64,000 bases of DNA from Opitutia bacterium. Its GTDB lineage: Bacteria; Verrucomicrobiota; Verrucomicrobiia; Opitutales; Opitutaceae. The notes under the pieces were generated by a model. It was not told the origin of the DNA. It saw only the letters and a list, made by a program, of their open reading frames with translations, and ran no database searches. The translations under genes were made by a program, and so were the position numbers. Positions within the stretch are counted from its first letter, which is position 1. Each line of letters starts with the position of its first letter. Positions 9,393 through 20,184 of the stretch are shown in pieces. The stretch is from positions 576,001 through 640,000 of the forward strand of contig CANJVR010000001.1 in NCBI GenBank assembly GCA_947478395.1, read 5' to 3'.

Positions 9393-10952
9393 ATGAAAAA
9401 TCTACCCCGCCCATCGTTCGCCCTGCTCGCCCTCGCTTCCTCGACGCTCATAGCCCACGCCGAGGTCAAACTCGCTTCTCCGTTCACCCCGCACATGGTT
9501 CTCCAACGCGAGATGCGCGTGCCGGTCTGGGGCACGGCCGCCGCCGATGAGAACGTCACCGTCGCGTTTGCCGGCCAGAAAAAATCGGTCAAGGCCGGCG
9601 CCGACGGCCAGTGGCGCGTCGATCTCGCCGCGCTGAAGACGTCCGCCGAGGGCCAGACGTTCACCGTCACCGGCTCGGCCACGCCGCAACCGATCGCCCT
9701 CGAAGACGTGCTCGTGGGTGAAGTCTGGCTCGGGTCCGGCCAGTCGAACATGGTCTCGACCGTCGCCAAGAAAGGCGGTCCATACGGCGTGATCAATGAG
9801 GCCGATGAAATCGCCGCGGCCAACTACCCGCGCATTCGCATCTTCACCGCGGGCGACACCAAAAGCTACGAACGCAAGGACACCGTGCGCGGGACTTGGA
9901 CCGTATGCAGCCCCGAGGTTGCCGGAAATTTCTCAGCCATCGGCTACATGTTTTCCCGCGACCTGCAAAAGGAACTCAACGTGCCGGTCGGTTTTATGAC
10001 CGTCGCGTCGGGCGCGAGCTGCGCCGAGGCCTGGATCTCGCGCGAAGCAATGTCGGCCGACGGCCAAATCAAGTTCATGCTGGATTCGATCGACGAGTGT
10101 GAGCGCTATTTCCGCGCGGCGCCCGAGAGTCGGGCGGGCGCTGCGCCCATTCGCCCCACCCCAATCAACAAACCGCGTACCGCCGCCCGCGGCGCCGAGC
10201 GCGACCCGGCGAGCGACCAGCATTTCGCGACCGTGCTTTATAACGGCATGGTCAACGCCGTCGTGCCCTACGCGATTCGCGGCGTGCTGTGGTATCAGGG
10301 CGAGTCGATCTGCTGGGGCAGCAAGGGCCTCGATCTTTACGGACACGTCCTACAGACCCTCGTGAAAGACTGGCGCGCGCGCTGGGGCGAAGGCGATCTG
10401 CCGTTCTACCTCGTGCAGCTCCCCGGGCAGCAGAACATCAGCAACAATCCGCGCATCCGTGAGGAACAGGCCAAGGTGCTCGCGCTGCCCAACACCGGCA
10501 TGGCGGTGACGATCGACGTCGGCGAAGCGAAGGACGTTCACCCGCACAACAAGGCACCCGTCGCGAATCGTCTCACGCGTCTCGCCCTCGCCGATGTGTA
10601 TGGGAAAAAGATCGAGGGCCGCAGCCCGATGTTCGCCTCCCTCAAAATCGACGGCGCCGCGGCCCGCGTGAAATTCTCCCACGCTGCCGCCGGCCTCGCC
10701 GCCAAGGGTGGCGCGCTCAAAGGATTCCAGATCGCCGGCGCCGATAAAAACTTCGTCGACGCCGCAGCCCGCATTGAAGGCGACTCGGTCGTCGTCTCCG
10801 CCGCCACCGTCGGCCAACCGGTCGCCGTGCGTTACGGCTGGGACAATTATCCCGAGGGCATGGGCTGCAATCTCGTGTGCGGCGATTTGCCGGCCGCGCC
10901 GTTCCGCACCGACACGTGGGCCTATCCTATCGCCGGCCTCGTCGAGCACTGA
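9393..10952 (+). CDS. Sialate O-acetylesterase (SGNH/SASA family)
   Basis: GEVWLGSGQSNM, WYQGES and DVHPHNK motifs, plus a signal peptide. Confidence 0.9.
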   Translation: MKNLPRPSFALLALASSTLIAHAEVKLASPFTPHMVLQREMRVPVWGTAAADENVTVAFAGQKKSVKAGADGQWRVDLAALKTSAEGQTFTVTGSATPQPIALEDVLVGEVWLGSGQSNMVSTVAKKGGPYGVINEADEIAAANYPRIRIFTAGDTKSYERKDTVRGTWTVCSPEVAGNFSAIGYMFSRDLQKELNVPVGFMTVASGASCAEAWISREAMSADGQIKFMLDSIDECERYFRAAPESRAGAAPIRPTPINKPRTAARGAERDPASDQHFATVLYNGMVNAVVPYAIRGVLWYQGESICWGSKGLDLYGHVLQTLVKDWRARWGEGDLPFYLVQLPGQQNISNNPRIREEQAKVLALPNTGMAVTIDVGEAKDVHPHNKAPVANRLTRLALADVYGKKIEGRSPMFASLKIDGAAARVKFSHAAAGLAAKGGALKGFQIAGADKNFVDAAARIEGDSVVVSAATVGQPVAVRYGWDNYPEGMGCNLVCGDLPAAPFRTDTWAYPIAGLVEH

Positions 10953-11110
10953 GTTTCCGCGTCGCGGAGGTCTCAAGGCTTTCCAGTTTCGCCTCCGAAG
11001 CGCCCGCTCGTTCCGCTACCCCGGCGGGAATGAATCGCTAGTCCCACTTTAAATTGGTCCGAGTTGTCCGCGCCATCCGCGGCCAAAACTTCCGTCTCCG
11101 ATCCTTCCGC

Positions 11111-12655
11111 ATGAAAACTTCCCCGCTCTCGTTGCGCCCCTTGTTCGCGCTGCTCGCCCTCGCTGCCACGGCGCTCAGCGCCCGCGCCGACGTCAAACTC
11201 GCCTCCCCCTTCACCGACCACATGGTGCTCCAGCGTGAGCTGCCCGTCCCCGTCTGGGGCTGGGCTGATCCGGGTGAAAAAGTGACGGTACAGTTCGCCG
11301 GTCAGACAAAAACGGCGACCGCCGACGCCGACGGCAAGTGGCGCGTCGATCTGGCGGCGCTCACGACGTCGGCCGAATCGCGCGACTTCGTGGTGAGCTC
11401 AGTCAACCTCGCATCTCAAATCTCAAATTTGAAATTACAGGACGTGCTCGTCGGCGAGGTCTGGCTCGGTTCCGGGCAGTCCAACATGGTCTTCCCCGTC
11501 GCGAAAAACGGCGGACCCTACGGCTTGATCAACGAAGCCGAGGAAATCGCGGCGGCGAATTATCCTCTGATTCGCATGTTCACCGGCACCGGCCCGACGG
11601 TTAAATCCGCGACTCCTCAGACCACGGTCGTCGGCGAATGGAAAGTATGTTCGCCCGCGACTGCGGGCGGTTTTTCCGCCGTCGGTTATCTTTTCGCACG
11701 TGAGCTGCAGAAGGAGATCAAAGTTCCCATCGGCATCATCACGCTGGCGTCCGGCGCCAGCTGTGCGCAGGCGTGGATCCGGCGCGAAGCCATGCTCGAC
11801 GACGCCGACTTCAAGGCCGCGCTCGACCGTTTCGACGGCCAAGTGAAAGCCTACGTTCCGCCCACCGCCGAGGCCCGCGCCGCGCAGCAAGCCGCGGCTG
11901 CCGCCGCCCGCGCCGCCGGCCAACGCGCCCCGCGCGGTGGCGCCGCCAATCCCGCGCAGGATCAGCACAACCCCACGGTCTGCTTCAACGGCATGATCGC
12001 CCCGGTCATTCCCTACGCGATTCGCGGCGTGCTGTGGTACCAAGGCGAGTCGATCACTGCGCCAAAGGAATTGTTTCCCAAGTGGAACGCGCAGCTCATC
12101 GCCGACTGGCGCAAACTTTGGGGTCGCGAGCTACCGTTTGCCTTCGTCCAACTTGCCGCCCTCGATAATTCCAGCAACAGCCCGCAGGTCCGCGAGTGGC
12201 AGGCCGAAGCGTTAAAAATTCCCGGCACGGCGATGGCGGTGACCATCGATATTGGCGATCAGAAGGATGTTCATCCGCACAACAAAGCCCCGCTCGGCGA
12301 CCGGCTCGCGCGCATCGCGCTCGCAAATGTCTACGGACGGAAAATCGAATTCTCGGGACCCGTGGTCACCGACACGACGGTCGAAGGCAAAGCGGTGCAC
12401 GTGGAATTTTCCCACGCCGACGGCGGACTAACGGCCAAGGACGGCGCGCTAAAAACCTTCGAGATCGCCGGATTCGACGGGAAATATTTCCCGGCCGACG
12501 CCAAGATTCAGGGCAACCAAGTGATCCTCACCGCCGCCGAGGTCGCGGCGCCGGTCGCCGCGCGTTACGCGTGGTCGAACTATCCCGAGGGCGCGAATCT
12601 CTACAATTTAGCCGGCCTCCCCGCCGCACCGTTCCGCACGGATCGAACGAAATAA
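11111..12655 (+). CDS. Sialate O-acetylesterase paralog (SGNH/SASA family)
   Basis: Same motifs as the upstream paralog. Start MKTSPLSLRP begins a signal peptide. Confidence 0.9.
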   Translation: MKTSPLSLRPLFALLALAATALSARADVKLASPFTDHMVLQRELPVPVWGWADPGEKVTVQFAGQTKTATADADGKWRVDLAALTTSAESRDFVVSSVNLASQISNLKLQDVLVGEVWLGSGQSNMVFPVAKNGGPYGLINEAEEIAAANYPLIRMFTGTGPTVKSATPQTTVVGEWKVCSPATAGGFSAVGYLFARELQKEIKVPIGIITLASGASCAQAWIRREAMLDDADFKAALDRFDGQVKAYVPPTAEARAAQQAAAAAARAAGQRAPRGGAANPAQDQHNPTVCFNGMIAPVIPYAIRGVLWYQGESITAPKELFPKWNAQLIADWRKLWGRELPFAFVQLAALDNSSNSPQVREWQAEALKIPGTAMAVTIDIGDQKDVHPHNKAPLGDRLARIALANVYGRKIEFSGPVVTDTTVEGKAVHVEFSHADGGLTAKDGALKTFEIAGFDGKYFPADAKIQGNQVILTAAEVAAPVAARYAWSNYPEGANLYNLAGLPAAPFRTDRTK

Positions 12656-12670
12656 TAAAATCTTCCGAAG

Positions 12671-12759
12671 GTAGGGCGGGTTATCCCTAACCCGCCGCTG
12701 CGACTCGGCTCACAGAGTGATCGGCGCCGAACCGGCGCGTTAGGGATAACGCGCCCTAC
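12671..12759. repeat. GTAG-family REP doublet (REPIN-like)
   Basis: GTAGGGCGGGTTATCCCTAACCCGCC ... GGCGCGTTAGGGATAACGCGCCCTAC form inverted arms. Confidence 0.8.
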
Positions 12760-12788
12760 CCCTCTAACACCCCCAACAACAAATCCCC

Positions 12789-14099
12789 ATGATACCCCGC
12801 CTCAAAAAAGCCGCCGCGACGCTCACCCCCACCCGCCGGCATTTTCTCCGCAATCTCGCCGTCGGTGCTGCCGCGGCCGCTGTTCTCCCCCGCGCGTTCG
12901 GCGCTTTGCCGAAAGCGAAGATCACCAAGGTTAACATTTACCGCCCGCCGAATCTCAATCTCCACTTCAACCAGAGCAACATGGTCGTCACCATCGAGAC
13001 CGATCAGCCCGGTCTGATCGGCGTCGGCGAAGGCGGTTCGCACGATACGATCGAACAGTGCGCCACGCGGCTCATCGGGAAAAATCCGTTCGATATCGAA
13101 CGCTGCTGGCAGGACATGTACCGCGCGTGGTTCTACCCGCCGGGCCGCGAAAAAATCCACGGACTCGGCGCGCTCGACATGGCGCTCTGGGACATCAAGG
13201 GCAAATCCCTCGGCGTGCCCGTGTACGATCTGATCGGCGGCATGAACCGCACCTTCCTCGAGTCGTACAGCAGCGGCGCCGGCACCGGCACGTTGTTGCA
13301 GGAACTCGCCCGCGCCGCCATGGAGCAGGGCTTCCGCGCGTTTCGCATGGACGCCGCCAGCCTGGATCGCATGGGTCGCGGCGGACAGGGCGGACCCGTC
13401 ACCGACGCGGGCCCGTTGCCCGGCGCGATCTACAACACGCACGAACGCGTGCGGCAGGTCGCGAAAGACGCGAAGGACCTGCGCATCGGCGTCGGCGAAA
13501 ATGGCGACTGGCTCATCGACCTGCACCAGCGTTTCGATTTCGCCGATGGGCTCCGCGCGTGCAAACTCGTCGAGGAATACGAGCCGTACCTGATGGAAGA
13601 CCCGGTTCGCCCCGATAATTTCAACGACGATCTGCCCAAGCTGCGCAAGATGACCACCGTGCCGCTCGCGGCCGGCGAAGAATGGGGCCAGCGCTGGGAT
13701 TTCAACAAGCTCGTTGAAAACAAGGATATCGACTACGTGCGCTGCACGCTCCCCAACGTCGGCGGCATCACCGAAATGTTGAAGATCGCCGCCCTCTGCG
13801 AAACGCACGCCGTCGGCATCGTGCCGCATTTCACCGGCTCCATTTCGACCGCGGCACTGGTCCACGCGCTCGGGCCGTTCTCCGGTCCCGTCCTCGTGGA
13901 AATCGGCAGCAATCGCACGCTCCCCCCGCACATCAACCAGGGCCTCGAATTCCGAAAGGGCAAAGTCTGGCCCAACGGCCGGCCCGGTCTCGGCGTAACC
14001 CTGAACATGGAGCAACTCACGCTCGTCGCCTCCATCACCGACCCCGGCGCCGCCCGTCCGGTTTATTTCCGTCCCGACGGCTCGCAGACGAGTTGGTGA
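12789..14099 (+). CDS. Mandelate racemase/enolase-family sugar-acid dehydratase (galactonate dehydratase-like) with Tat signal
   Basis: GALDMALWDIKGK, IDLHQRF, MEDP and AAGEE metal-ligand motifs; N-terminal TRRHFL. Confidence 0.85.
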   Translation: MIPRLKKAAATLTPTRRHFLRNLAVGAAAAAVLPRAFGALPKAKITKVNIYRPPNLNLHFNQSNMVVTIETDQPGLIGVGEGGSHDTIEQCATRLIGKNPFDIERCWQDMYRAWFYPPGREKIHGLGALDMALWDIKGKSLGVPVYDLIGGMNRTFLESYSSGAGTGTLLQELARAAMEQGFRAFRMDAASLDRMGRGGQGGPVTDAGPLPGAIYNTHERVRQVAKDAKDLRIGVGENGDWLIDLHQRFDFADGLRACKLVEEYEPYLMEDPVRPDNFNDDLPKLRKMTTVPLAAGEEWGQRWDFNKLVENKDIDYVRCTLPNVGGITEMLKIAALCETHAVGIVPHFTGSISTAALVHALGPFSGPVLVEIGSNRTLPPHINQGLEFRKGKVWPNGRPGLGVTLNMEQLTLVASITDPGAARPVYFRPDGSQTSW

Positions 14100-14112
14100 A
14101 CCCTTCCGGCAT

Positions 14113-15021
14113 TTGAGCGACCTCGGTCATTTCATCGGCATCGACTGGGGCTCGACCAACGCGCGCGCCCTGCTCTTTGCCTCCGACGGAAAAATCCTCG
14201 AAGAACGCGACGAACCACTCGGCATCAAACACGTGTCGCCGGGCGGCCACCGCGCCGCTTTCGAAAAACTCACCGCGGGCTGGCGCGAGCGACACGGTCC
14301 GATCCCCGCGCTGCTCTCCGGCATGATCGGCAGCCGCACCGGCTGGCGTGAAGCACCGTATGCTGCCGCCCCCGCGAACCTGACCGAACTGTATCATACC
14401 CTCGTGCCCGCGCCGGACGTTGAAAATGTCTGGATCGTTCCCGGCGTCAGCCTCGCTACGACGCGATGCGACGTGATGCGCGGCGAGGAACTGCAATTGC
14501 TCGGACTCGGCGCGCGAGCGGCGGAATTTGACTGGGTCTGCATTCCCGGCACGCACTCGAAATGGATCAGGGCCGAGTGGCCTTTCGTGCGCGAATTTCA
14601 TACCGCGATGACGGGGGAAACGTTCGCGGCCATCGCCGAACACACGCTGTTCGCCCAATTGATTCCGCCCGTGAAACCAGGGTCGGTTTGGGGCAAACCC
14701 GCGTTCCAGTCCGGGCTCGAGCGCTCGGCTCCGCCGCACGGATTGCTGAATTCCTTGTTCGGGATTCGCGCTGACCTGCTGCTCGGCCGAATCCAAGCAA
14801 CGGAAGTCGCCGATCTGATCTCGGGTTTGGTCATCGGCACCGAAATCAATCATGTGCGGGCGCTGACGCAGGTCGGGTCGCGCGTCGCGCTGCTGGCCGC
14901 TCCGGGCCTCCAATCGCGTTACGAATGCGCGCTCGCATTTTTCGATTTCGCGCCCACGGCGTTCGACGTGCGGGCGCTGAACGCCGACGGTTTCCGGCAA
15001 CTCATGCGTTCCCGATCTTAG
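14113..15021 (+). CDS. dgoK: 2-dehydro-3-deoxygalactonokinase
   Basis: IGIDWGSTN, GMIGSRTGWREAPY, DVMRGEE and PGTHSKW motifs; TTG start. Confidence 0.9.
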   Translation: MSDLGHFIGIDWGSTNARALLFASDGKILEERDEPLGIKHVSPGGHRAAFEKLTAGWRERHGPIPALLSGMIGSRTGWREAPYAAAPANLTELYHTLVPAPDVENVWIVPGVSLATTRCDVMRGEELQLLGLGARAAEFDWVCIPGTHSKWIRAEWPFVREFHTAMTGETFAAIAEHTLFAQLIPPVKPGSVWGKPAFQSGLERSAPPHGLLNSLFGIRADLLLGRIQATEVADLISGLVIGTEINHVRALTQVGSRVALLAAPGLQSRYECALAFFDFAPTAFDVRALNADGFRQLMRSRS

Positions 15022-15198
15022 CCTTTACCCGAATGACCCGCGGCCCGCGGGCCAGCGCGCCGTAGCGCCGCCGAGATGAAAAGCACAGGGGAAAGGGGTA
15101 GTCCTCAGACGAAAACCGCGCGAATTTCAGGGTCAACGTCCGGTCCGCCAAGAGGCATGAGCGAGCTGAGTTTACCGCGCTGGTTTCGTTGGCTGGAA

Positions 15199-15253
15199 CG
15201 GTTCGATTTTTTCCGTGGCCGTTTGTCTAGCGACTACGCTTTTGGTTAAACCG
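15199..15253. repeat. Palindromic element copy 1 (ends ...CTACGCTTTTGGTTAAACCG)
   Basis: Homologous to 26837-26940 and 28777-28913. Confidence 0.65.
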
Positions 15254-15527
15254 CTCGAGCGCTCCACATCGGAATCTGAGCCCCACCCTTTCGCGCGGAG
15301 GTGTCCGCGTTTTGCAGGCCTTTACGCGGCCAAACCTCCACCGCGATTTCAGCTTCGGAAACGTCATTCGCCGCCGTATTCGCTTTCGCCCTCCGACCTC
15401 GAAGCTGATCGCGTGCTAATTGCTTCCCGCGGGCCCCGCGCGCCGACGTTGGCCACTCCAATTCCCCCCTGGCCCTCTTAGTCTGCCGCCCAGGAGGCCA
15501 ATTTTTCACGGGCTCTTTTCAGAGGGA

Positions 15528-15548
15528 ATGTCACTTATTAAGTGACAT
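15528..15548. repeat. Perfect 10-bp inverted repeat ATGTCACTTA-T-TAAGTGACAT (operator or short repeat)
   Basis: Directly visible, AT-rich, about 130 bp upstream of the DUF885 gene. Confidence 0.6.
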
Positions 15549-15677
15549 GCGATCCGAGCGATTTCTCGGGGAACGCGGCATGACCGGCGTCGTTCGGCTG
15601 CGACGGATTCGCGCGGCAGACCTGTAATTCCCGGCGTGGACTCGACACGGAACGGTCCGGACGGTATGCCGCCACTC

Positions 15678-17444
15678 ATGATTCAATCCCTACGTGCTCT
15701 CGGCGGTTTTCTCGCGTTAGGTTCAGGTCTGCTCGCCGCGGATACGACGTTCGATCAGTTCGCGGACGCGTTATCCGCCGAATGGATGCGCGCCAATCCC
15801 TCCCGGGCGACAGCCGTCCAATATTTCTCCGGCGCCGAGCAGGACGCGCTCGATCGCCAGCTCACGCCCATCACCCGCGAAGCCCGCGCGGCGCGCGTCG
15901 CTCTCGCCCAACGCGGCCTGGCCGATCTCGCGAAGTTCAATCGCAACGCCCTCGACGCCACGCAGCGCATCTCGGCCACCATGCTCGAGTGGCAGCTCAA
16001 GGACGTCGTCCAAGCCGAGTCGTTCGCCGTCTACGAATTCATTTTCGAGCAATTTGGCGGTCTGCAAGTGGGGCTCGTTAACTTTCTCAGTCAGACTCAT
16101 CCGGTGCGCAATCGCCGCGACGTCGAGAACTACCTCGCGCGCCTCAGCCTCGTCGCCGCACAGATGGACGAAGGCAGCGCGCAGGCGAAAGAACGGGCGG
16201 CGCAGGGCATCGTCCCGCCCAAATTCATTATCACCTCCACGCTGAGCCAGTTCGATCGCTTCCTCGGCGGCGAACCGCGGCAAAATATTCTCGTCACGTC
16301 GCTCGACGATCGCGCCGCCAAACTCAGCGACCTGCCCGCGGCCGACCGCGCGACCTTGGTGGCTTCGGCGCAGAAAATCGTCACGGAGGCGATCCTCCCC
16401 GCCTTCCGGCGCGCTCGTGCGCTGCTCGAAAGTCAACTGTCCACCGCGAGCGACGACGCGGGCTTGTGGCGCTTTCCGGGCGGCGACCGGGCCTACGCCG
16501 ACGCGCTGCGGCGCATGACCACCACCGATCTCACGCCGGATCAAATCCACGCTCTCGGCCTAAAAGAAGTCGCGCGCATCGAAGGCTTGATGAACACCCT
16601 GCTGCGTTCGCTCGGTTACAACGACGGTTCCGTCGCGGAGCGGATGCGAAAACTGACCGCCGATCGCCAGCCGCCCGCCGAGCCCGATCCGCGGCCGGCA
16701 CTACTCGCGCGTTTCACGGAAATCCTCCGCGACGCCGAGCGCCGCTCCGCCCTGATCTTCGATCTCCGCCCGCGTGCGCAGATCGAGGTTCGCCGCGAAC
16801 CACCTTTCACAGAGAGAACCGCGGCGGCGCACTACACCTTACCCGCGCCTGACGGCACGCGGCCCGGAATATTCTGGGCGCCGCTGCCCGGCCCCTTTTT
16901 CGAGGTCGGCGGCATGCGCACCCTCGCGTATCACGAAGGCGTCCCCGGGCATCACTTCCAACTCGCGATCCAGCAGGAGCTGACCTCGCTGCCACGTTTC
17001 CGGCGCGATCGGATCTTCGGCGGATTGCCCGCCCATTCCGAAGGCTGGGCGCTCTACGCCGAGCAACTCGCGGCAGAGAACAACTGGTATGAAGGCGATG
17101 CGCCCGGCCGGCTTGGCCAGCTCGCCGCCGAACTTTTTCGCGCGCGCCGGCTCGTGGTCGACACGGGCCTGCACGCGAAACACTGGACGCGCCAGCAGGC
17201 GATCGACTATGGCATCGCGGCCTCCGAGGTGGAACGCTACGTCGTCCTGCCCGGTCAGGCCTGCGCCTACAAAATCGGTCAGCTGAAAATCCTGGAGGTC
17301 CGCGCGAAGGCCCAGGCGGCGCTCGGCGAAAAATTTTCGATGAAGGAGTTTCACAACGTCGTACTGCGCACGGGCTGCGTCCCCCTCGACGCACTGGCCG
17401 TGGCAGTCGACGAGTGGACCGTGGGGCAGAAAACCCGGCCGTAA
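15678..17444 (+). CDS. DUF885 family secreted protein (metallopeptidase-like)
   Basis: LAYHEGVPGHHFQ, EGWALYAE, RARRLVVDTGLH, EVERY and PGQACAYKIGQLKI motifs. Confidence 0.9.
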   Translation: MIQSLRALGGFLALGSGLLAADTTFDQFADALSAEWMRANPSRATAVQYFSGAEQDALDRQLTPITREARAARVALAQRGLADLAKFNRNALDATQRISATMLEWQLKDVVQAESFAVYEFIFEQFGGLQVGLVNFLSQTHPVRNRRDVENYLARLSLVAAQMDEGSAQAKERAAQGIVPPKFIITSTLSQFDRFLGGEPRQNILVTSLDDRAAKLSDLPAADRATLVASAQKIVTEAILPAFRRARALLESQLSTASDDAGLWRFPGGDRAYADALRRMTTTDLTPDQIHALGLKEVARIEGLMNTLLRSLGYNDGSVAERMRKLTADRQPPAEPDPRPALLARFTEILRDAERRSALIFDLRPRAQIEVRREPPFTERTAAAHYTLPAPDGTRPGIFWAPLPGPFFEVGGMRTLAYHEGVPGHHFQLAIQQELTSLPRFRRDRIFGGLPAHSEGWALYAEQLAAENNWYEGDAPGRLGQLAAELFRARRLVVDTGLHAKHWTRQQAIDYGIAASEVERYVVLPGQACAYKIGQLKILEVRAKAQAALGEKFSMKEFHNVVLRTGCVPLDALAVAVDEWTVGQKTRP

Positions 17445-17511
17445 TGCACCGAGTAACTAGCCGATGGTTTTGCACCCCCGACTGCGGGCCGAAGCCTCGC
17501 CCGATCTAGCC

Positions 17512-18932
17512 TCACGGCGTTTTCCGGCCGTCGACGCGCAAAAGGAATTTTAGCGCGTACAGATTCACACGCTCGCGCACCACTAGAGCATCCGCCACCG
17601 CGCCATCGATCCCGAGGTCGGTCACATCCGTGATCACGTCGCCTTCCTCCGGGTTCATCGCGATCCACGCCAAAATCTTGAGTAGGTTTTCCTTGGTATA
17701 TAACGGGAGAATCTGCGCCAGCACGACCGCGGGAATATACGCTTCCACCGGGATTTGCACCGCGTCCGGCACGGCGCAGACACAGAGCAAGTGCCGCACT
17801 CGTGTCACGGGATCGCCCTCCAACCCGGGCTTCCAACTGCGCAACGCGTCGCTCACGTCCCTCACGATCGGTGCGATAAATTCAGGCAGCGGCTCGCCGG
17901 GCGGCGCGATTGGCGCAACGACGCCTCCGTCCGGCGGTAGACTGAAATCGAGTTTCGCGATGTCCGCGGCCGTGAGTTTCATCCACGCGGGTTCGGCCAC
18001 GGGCTTGGGTGTCACCGCGGGAGGGGTTGCGACCGCCGGCGACGCAATCGCTGGTGGCGACGCCACCGGCGGAGTTTTCTGGACCGCCGGCGCCGGCTCG
18101 GCGTCGACCGAAATCGCCACGCGTCCCCGCCACTCCGCGAGTCCGCCCACCGCGAACCACGCGGCAAACACGGGCAGCAACCAGACCCGGCCGCCGCTCG
18201 CGCTGAAACGTTGGCGGGCATCCCACCGAAAAAGTTTCGCGCCCGCGACACAGCCCGCCGCGCCGATCAGAGCCAAGGCCAGCAAACTGAAACGCGCCCC
18301 GGCAAAGCCTCGTCCCGTCACCGTCGTCTGCAAGGCCTCCACCGCGTAGCGTCCCGGGAAAAACGCCGACACATGCTGCGCCCACGCGGGCAGGCTCGCG
18401 AGTTGCACGGCCACGCCGCCGATGATGAGCATCGGCAGAAAAATGCACTGCCCCAGCGCCTGCACCGCGGGGACGTTGTCCGCGAGCATCGCGATCACGA
18501 GACCGAGCCCGATAAACGCGAACGACACGGCCGTGAACGCCAGCCACAGATCAAACGGATGCGCGGGCGCGGTCATACCGACGGCGAGCGCCACCGCGAA
18601 TTGGAGCAGACCGGCCGTGAGCACGATCACGTACCGGGCGATCGCGGTGCTGGTGACCACCGCCCAGGTCGGCACGGGCGCGAGCCGGTAACGTCGCCAG
18701 ACGCCCCGCTCGCGTTCGCTGACGAGCGTGGTCGGCAAGCCGAAGCACGCGCCGCCGAGTACACTCACGGTGAGCAATTCGCCGAGATGCCGCAGCAACG
18801 GGATTTTTTCGTGACGGTAAAGCACCCAGAAGGCCGCGAGAAAAACGAGGGGAAACAAATATCCGTACAACAGCGCCATGCGGTTCCGAAAATGGAGCCG
18901 CAACGAAATCGCCAGATGCTGCCAGAGGCCGT

Positions 18933-18936
<4 letters not shown>
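17512..18936 (-). CDS. ABC-2 type exporter permease with long C-terminal soluble extension
   Basis: Multi-TM N-terminal half with ERERGVWRRYRLAP, then a Pro/Ala linker and a soluble domain of about 160 aa. Confidence 0.85.
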
Positions 18937-19892
<956 letters not shown>

Positions 19893-20184
19893 GGAGATAA
19901 CCGGAAGGTCGCCGTCGATACGCCCTACTTTGCCCGGGAACAAGCCGTTTCGCCAACGGTGCGGAGAAACGGGACGACTGAACACAACCAGGAACACACC
20001 CCTGCACGGTGAGCCCACTCTCGCAGAGAAGATTTCTTGAAAGGGCCCGGTGGCGGGCCGGGACCTTGCGTCACCACGTTCCGACCTTACTGTCCGGAGG
20101 CGCCTGAGATTATCCCGGGCAACCTTTCAATCAGGCTAACCTTAGCAATCCCCCTTGGCTGAGTTCCTCCCATTCGTTTTCTAA

